A stretch of 24,387 nt of DNA from a virus (Duplodnaviria; Heunggongvirae; Uroviricota; Caudoviricetes). The notes below the pieces were generated by a model. The model saw only the letters and a program-made list of their open reading frames with translations. It ran no database searches and was not told where the DNA came from. The translations under genes and the position numbers were made by a program. The DNA lies in IMG/VR virus record IMGVR_UViG_3300028591_000093, positions 144,765 through 169,151 of that record. One strand, written 5' to 3'. This document shows positions 22,182-24,387 of the stretch, piece by piece. Positions within the stretch are counted from its first letter, which is position 1, and every line of letters starts with the position of its first letter.

Positions 22182-22217
22182 GTGCAAAATTACTACATTT
22201 TTATGTGTGAAAAAACC
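22182..22217 (-). promoter_or_regulatory. Bacteroidota-type promoter for the capsid operon
   Basis: GGTTTTTTC-N16-TAATTTTGCAC on the minus strand, between the RT terminator and the ATG at 22144; same spacing as 2872-2907. Confidence 0.75.
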
Positions 22218-22224
22218 CAGAATG

Positions 22225-22273
22225 AAAAAAAGTGAAATAGACTGCTCATTTAACAATGAGCTGTCCAATTTCA
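22225..22273 (-). terminator. Probable terminator overlapping the RT stop codon
   Basis: Minus strand TGAAATTGGACAGCTCATT-GTTA-AATGAGCAGTCTATTTCA followed by CTTTTTTT; 7-bp perfect core stem with an imperfect extension. Confidence 0.65.
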
Positions 22274-23631
22274 TTTAAAACAATCTTAGAATATTGCACA
22301 TTTGTAAAGTATTTCCACCATTGTTCACCTATCATGTTAACTAATCTCACTCTATTACCATATTCATTAAACTATCTAAGCAATCCTAAATAGGAATTTA
22401 TAGTAGATTGAAAATGTTGTAGTGACCTAACAACATACTTTTCTTTCATATGGTTAAAGGTGTAAATAGTTCTATAGATATTTGCTATTGTTCTGTTTGC
22501 CAAGTATCTTCTACCTGGTTTAATTACTGCCCCTAAAAACATTACTCCTTTGCTATAATGCTAGCAGTAATACTTTTTAGAGTTAATCTTTACTTTACCA
22601 TGTTCATATAAATGTTTCCTTATTAAAGGTATACATCTAAGTATTTTCTACTTATCTTTATCTATTATAAGAAAATCATCTACATATCTAATAAGTTTTA
22701 ATTTTAAAACATCTGTGATATAGTGGTCAGTAGGGTCTAGGACATAATTAGCAACTAACTAAGAGGTTAAGTTACCAATAGGAAGACCTTTGTTACCACC
22801 AATAGTAAATAAAGACTTAATAAGGGCTAAACCCTTCCACTTATTCATCTGTCCCTTTCTATAGCATCCTATTTCAGGGGCATTCATAAGTATTCTCTCA
22901 ACTAAAAACTTTAGTATAGGCTTGTCAGAACCTTTATATTTATCTTCAATAAATTTTAAAACTATATCTGTTACATATCTCCTGTCTAGCGACATGAAGA
23001 AACCTGTCAAATCTAGCTTAAATACATAACAATCTTTGGTATAGTTTTCTGATTCTTCTCTTATTACCTATTCTGCTGCTTTAATTGCATTGAGAGTTCC
23101 TTTGTTCTTTCTACAATTATAAGTAGTTGGAACAAGTTGCTATTCTAGGAGAGGTTCAAGCCTCAGAGCTATCCAATGATGAATTACTCTATCAGTATAG
23201 TCTGCTGCAAAAACCTCTCTCTAGCATGGCTTTGTAACAATAAAAGCTGTAGATGGACCAGGCATGTAAGTTCTATTGTTAATTACTTTCATTAACTAAT
23301 AAAGGTTTTCTTCATACCTGACATCCCAAGAAATAGCAGATTCTTTAGAGAATTTGTTTTTCTTACAATCTATATAAGCTTCTTTTAACGAATTGTAGGT
23401 TATCTTATCGACTGATTCACAGGCCAGCACATCATTCTGGTTATTCTTGTTATTATTGTTCCAGTTAGCATTGTTAGTGTTATTCTGGTTCACATTCCAG
23501 GCATTAGACTGGCTAACTTCCCTCTGCTTTCTTAGTCTTTGCTCTTCATGAGAGCGAGAGGGCCCTTCAGTTGAAAGCAGTTGATTAAAATAAGATTCAC
23601 TGTACAGTTTGAGTTTCTTCTTTGTTGTCAT
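22246..23631 (-). CDS. DGR reverse transcriptase, up to 461 aa (code 15; start uncertain)
   Basis: One frame from ATG 23631 to TGA 22246 with 8 in-frame TAGs. Motifs: KPC(Q)REVFAADYTDRVIHH, YNCRKNKG, KLDLTGFFMS, GLPIGNLTS(Q), RYVDDF, YC(Q)HYSKGVMFLG, INSYLG. LPIGNxxSQ is the DGR-RT signature. Confidence 0.95.
23418..23515 (-). repeat. DGR template repeat (TR), 98 bp
   Basis: Aligns without gaps to 24174-24271 with 21 mismatches, all at TR adenines. Rich in AAC/AAT codons (SQSNAWNVNQNNTNNANWNNNNKNNQNDVLAC). Confidence 0.97.
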
Positions 23632-24088
23632 TCCTTATTGCCTGGGATTGAGCTTTCTCTCTGGTTAGGTGGATGTACCAACTTTCCAATTGGCATTTTA
23701 ATCTAACTACCTACAATATCAAAGTACTATTTTCATCTATTTCAAATGCTTCTATCAAAGGTCTGTATATAAGAATTGTTTTTTCAATACAAACTATTGC
23801 TTGATGAAGGTGTCTTGTCTTTTCTGCTCTATTAGGTATATCATATGCTTCTATAATATGAGCACCACATGAAATCATATAATCTTCCATCCTGGAATAC
23901 CAATTACCAGCTAAGGTTTTATAATTCCAATGCATTGATTCTTTTAACATATTCTGTAAAAGTTTTTGACAGTCTTTATATGCTCCTGTCATTTCAACAC
24001 TCTTCTTAGCAAAAGGATAAGGTGTTGAGTTTTGTTCAATTACAGTCAAATCTGTTATTACATTTTGTTTATTTATATTATTATCCAT
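23597..24088 (-). CDS. avd: DGR accessory variability determinant (Avd-like four-helix bundle), 163 aa (code 15)
   Basis: Lies between the target gene and TR/RT. Helical. Reads through the TAG at 23711 to (Q)VVRLKCQLESW, resembling the Avd QLxGW motif, and ends at TGA 23597. Confidence 0.75.
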
Positions 24089-24119
24089 AAATCATAGTTT
24101 AGATTGTTAACTTGATTAT

Positions 24120-24147
24120 TACCCATCCCCTTCAATTGGGATGGGTA
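24120..24147 (-). other. DGR cis-acting hairpin/cruciform downstream of the VR
   Basis: Perfect 10-bp inverted repeat TACCCATCCC-N8-GGGATGGGTA, 9 nt after the target stop, with no U-tract. Confidence 0.75.
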
Positions 24148-24156
24148 GCACCAAGC

Positions 24157-24387
24157 TTAAAGAATTAAAGAAGCACAGGCCAGCACATCACCCTGGCCAT
24201 CCTCGTCATCATAGCCCCAGTCAGCATAGCCAGTGGTACGCTGGTACACATACCAGGCACTAGACTGGCTATACTGGTTGATAGTCCAGAACCAGTAATT
24301 AACATCCTCATCTGGGTTTTGTGCATCATAGTGTCTCCAAAGATTAGATACACTGTTAGGTACTTTGAATAATTTTCTAAGTACTAA
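24157..24387 (-). CDS. DGR target protein C-terminus (probable CLec fold; 5' end outside the window)
   Basis: Open frame from the window edge: LVLRKLFKVPNSVSNLWRHYDAQNPDEDVNYWFWTINQYSQSSAWYVYQRTTGYADWGYDDEDGQGDVLACASLIL-TAA. The W..(Q)YS...AW.V pattern is typical of CLec-type DGR targets. Confidence 0.9.
   Translation of the reverse strand, partial: LVLRKLFKVPNSVSNLWRHYDAQNPDEDVNYWFWTINQYSQSSAWYVYQRTTGYADWGYDDEDGQGDVLACASLIL
24174..24271 (-). repeat. DGR variable repeat (VR), 98 bp
   Basis: Copy of the TR with adenine-only substitutions (15 A>G, 4 A>T, 2 A>C), at the 3' end of the target gene, with an invariant GATGTGCTGGCCTGTG 3' block. Confidence 0.97.

Larger units (their letters stand above)
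22246..24387 (-). mobile_element. Diversity-generating retroelement cassette: target(VR)-hairpin-avd-TR/RT
   Basis: All canonical parts are present, co-oriented and intact under code 15. Confidence 0.95.

Noticed and set aside
1-23400. Additional VR copies, CRISPR arrays, tRNAs, introns or inteins
   Set aside because: None seen by eye; genes are nearly contiguous under code 15. A second VR or suppressor tRNA elsewhere in the genome is not excluded.
22246-23631. RT as a pseudogene, group II intron or retron
   Set aside because: All interruptions are TAG with no frameshifts, the LPIGNLTSQ motif is DGR-type, and TR/VR and avd are present.
24165-24353. 62-aa minus-strand track ORF over the VR
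   Set aside because: Wrong frame. The frame ending at 24157 matches the AAY codon phase and gives a CLec-like sequence.

Overview
This window is part of a crAss-like phage (Crassvirales) genome. All genes I can support are on the minus strand, and the phage reads TAG as Gln (genetic code 15). The fragmented ORF track joins in frame at 34 hand-counted TAG codons into about 18 tightly packed genes; every gene whose stop lies in the window ends in TAA or TGA. In transcription order (right to left) there is first a complete diversity-generating retroelement (DGR): the C-terminus of a target gene with a 98-bp VR, a GC hairpin, avd, and a TAG-interrupted reverse transcriptase. The template repeat (TR) lies in frame inside the 5' end of the RT reading frame, and all 21 TR/VR mismatches fall at TR adenines. 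Next comes the virion module: scaffold-like protein, major capsid protein, ring/auxiliary proteins, an IHF-like protein, two very large tail/muzzle-type proteins, putative cargo proteins, a DUF192 protein and a stand-alone NUMOD1 protein. Product names come from remembered motifs and gene order, not from database searches.
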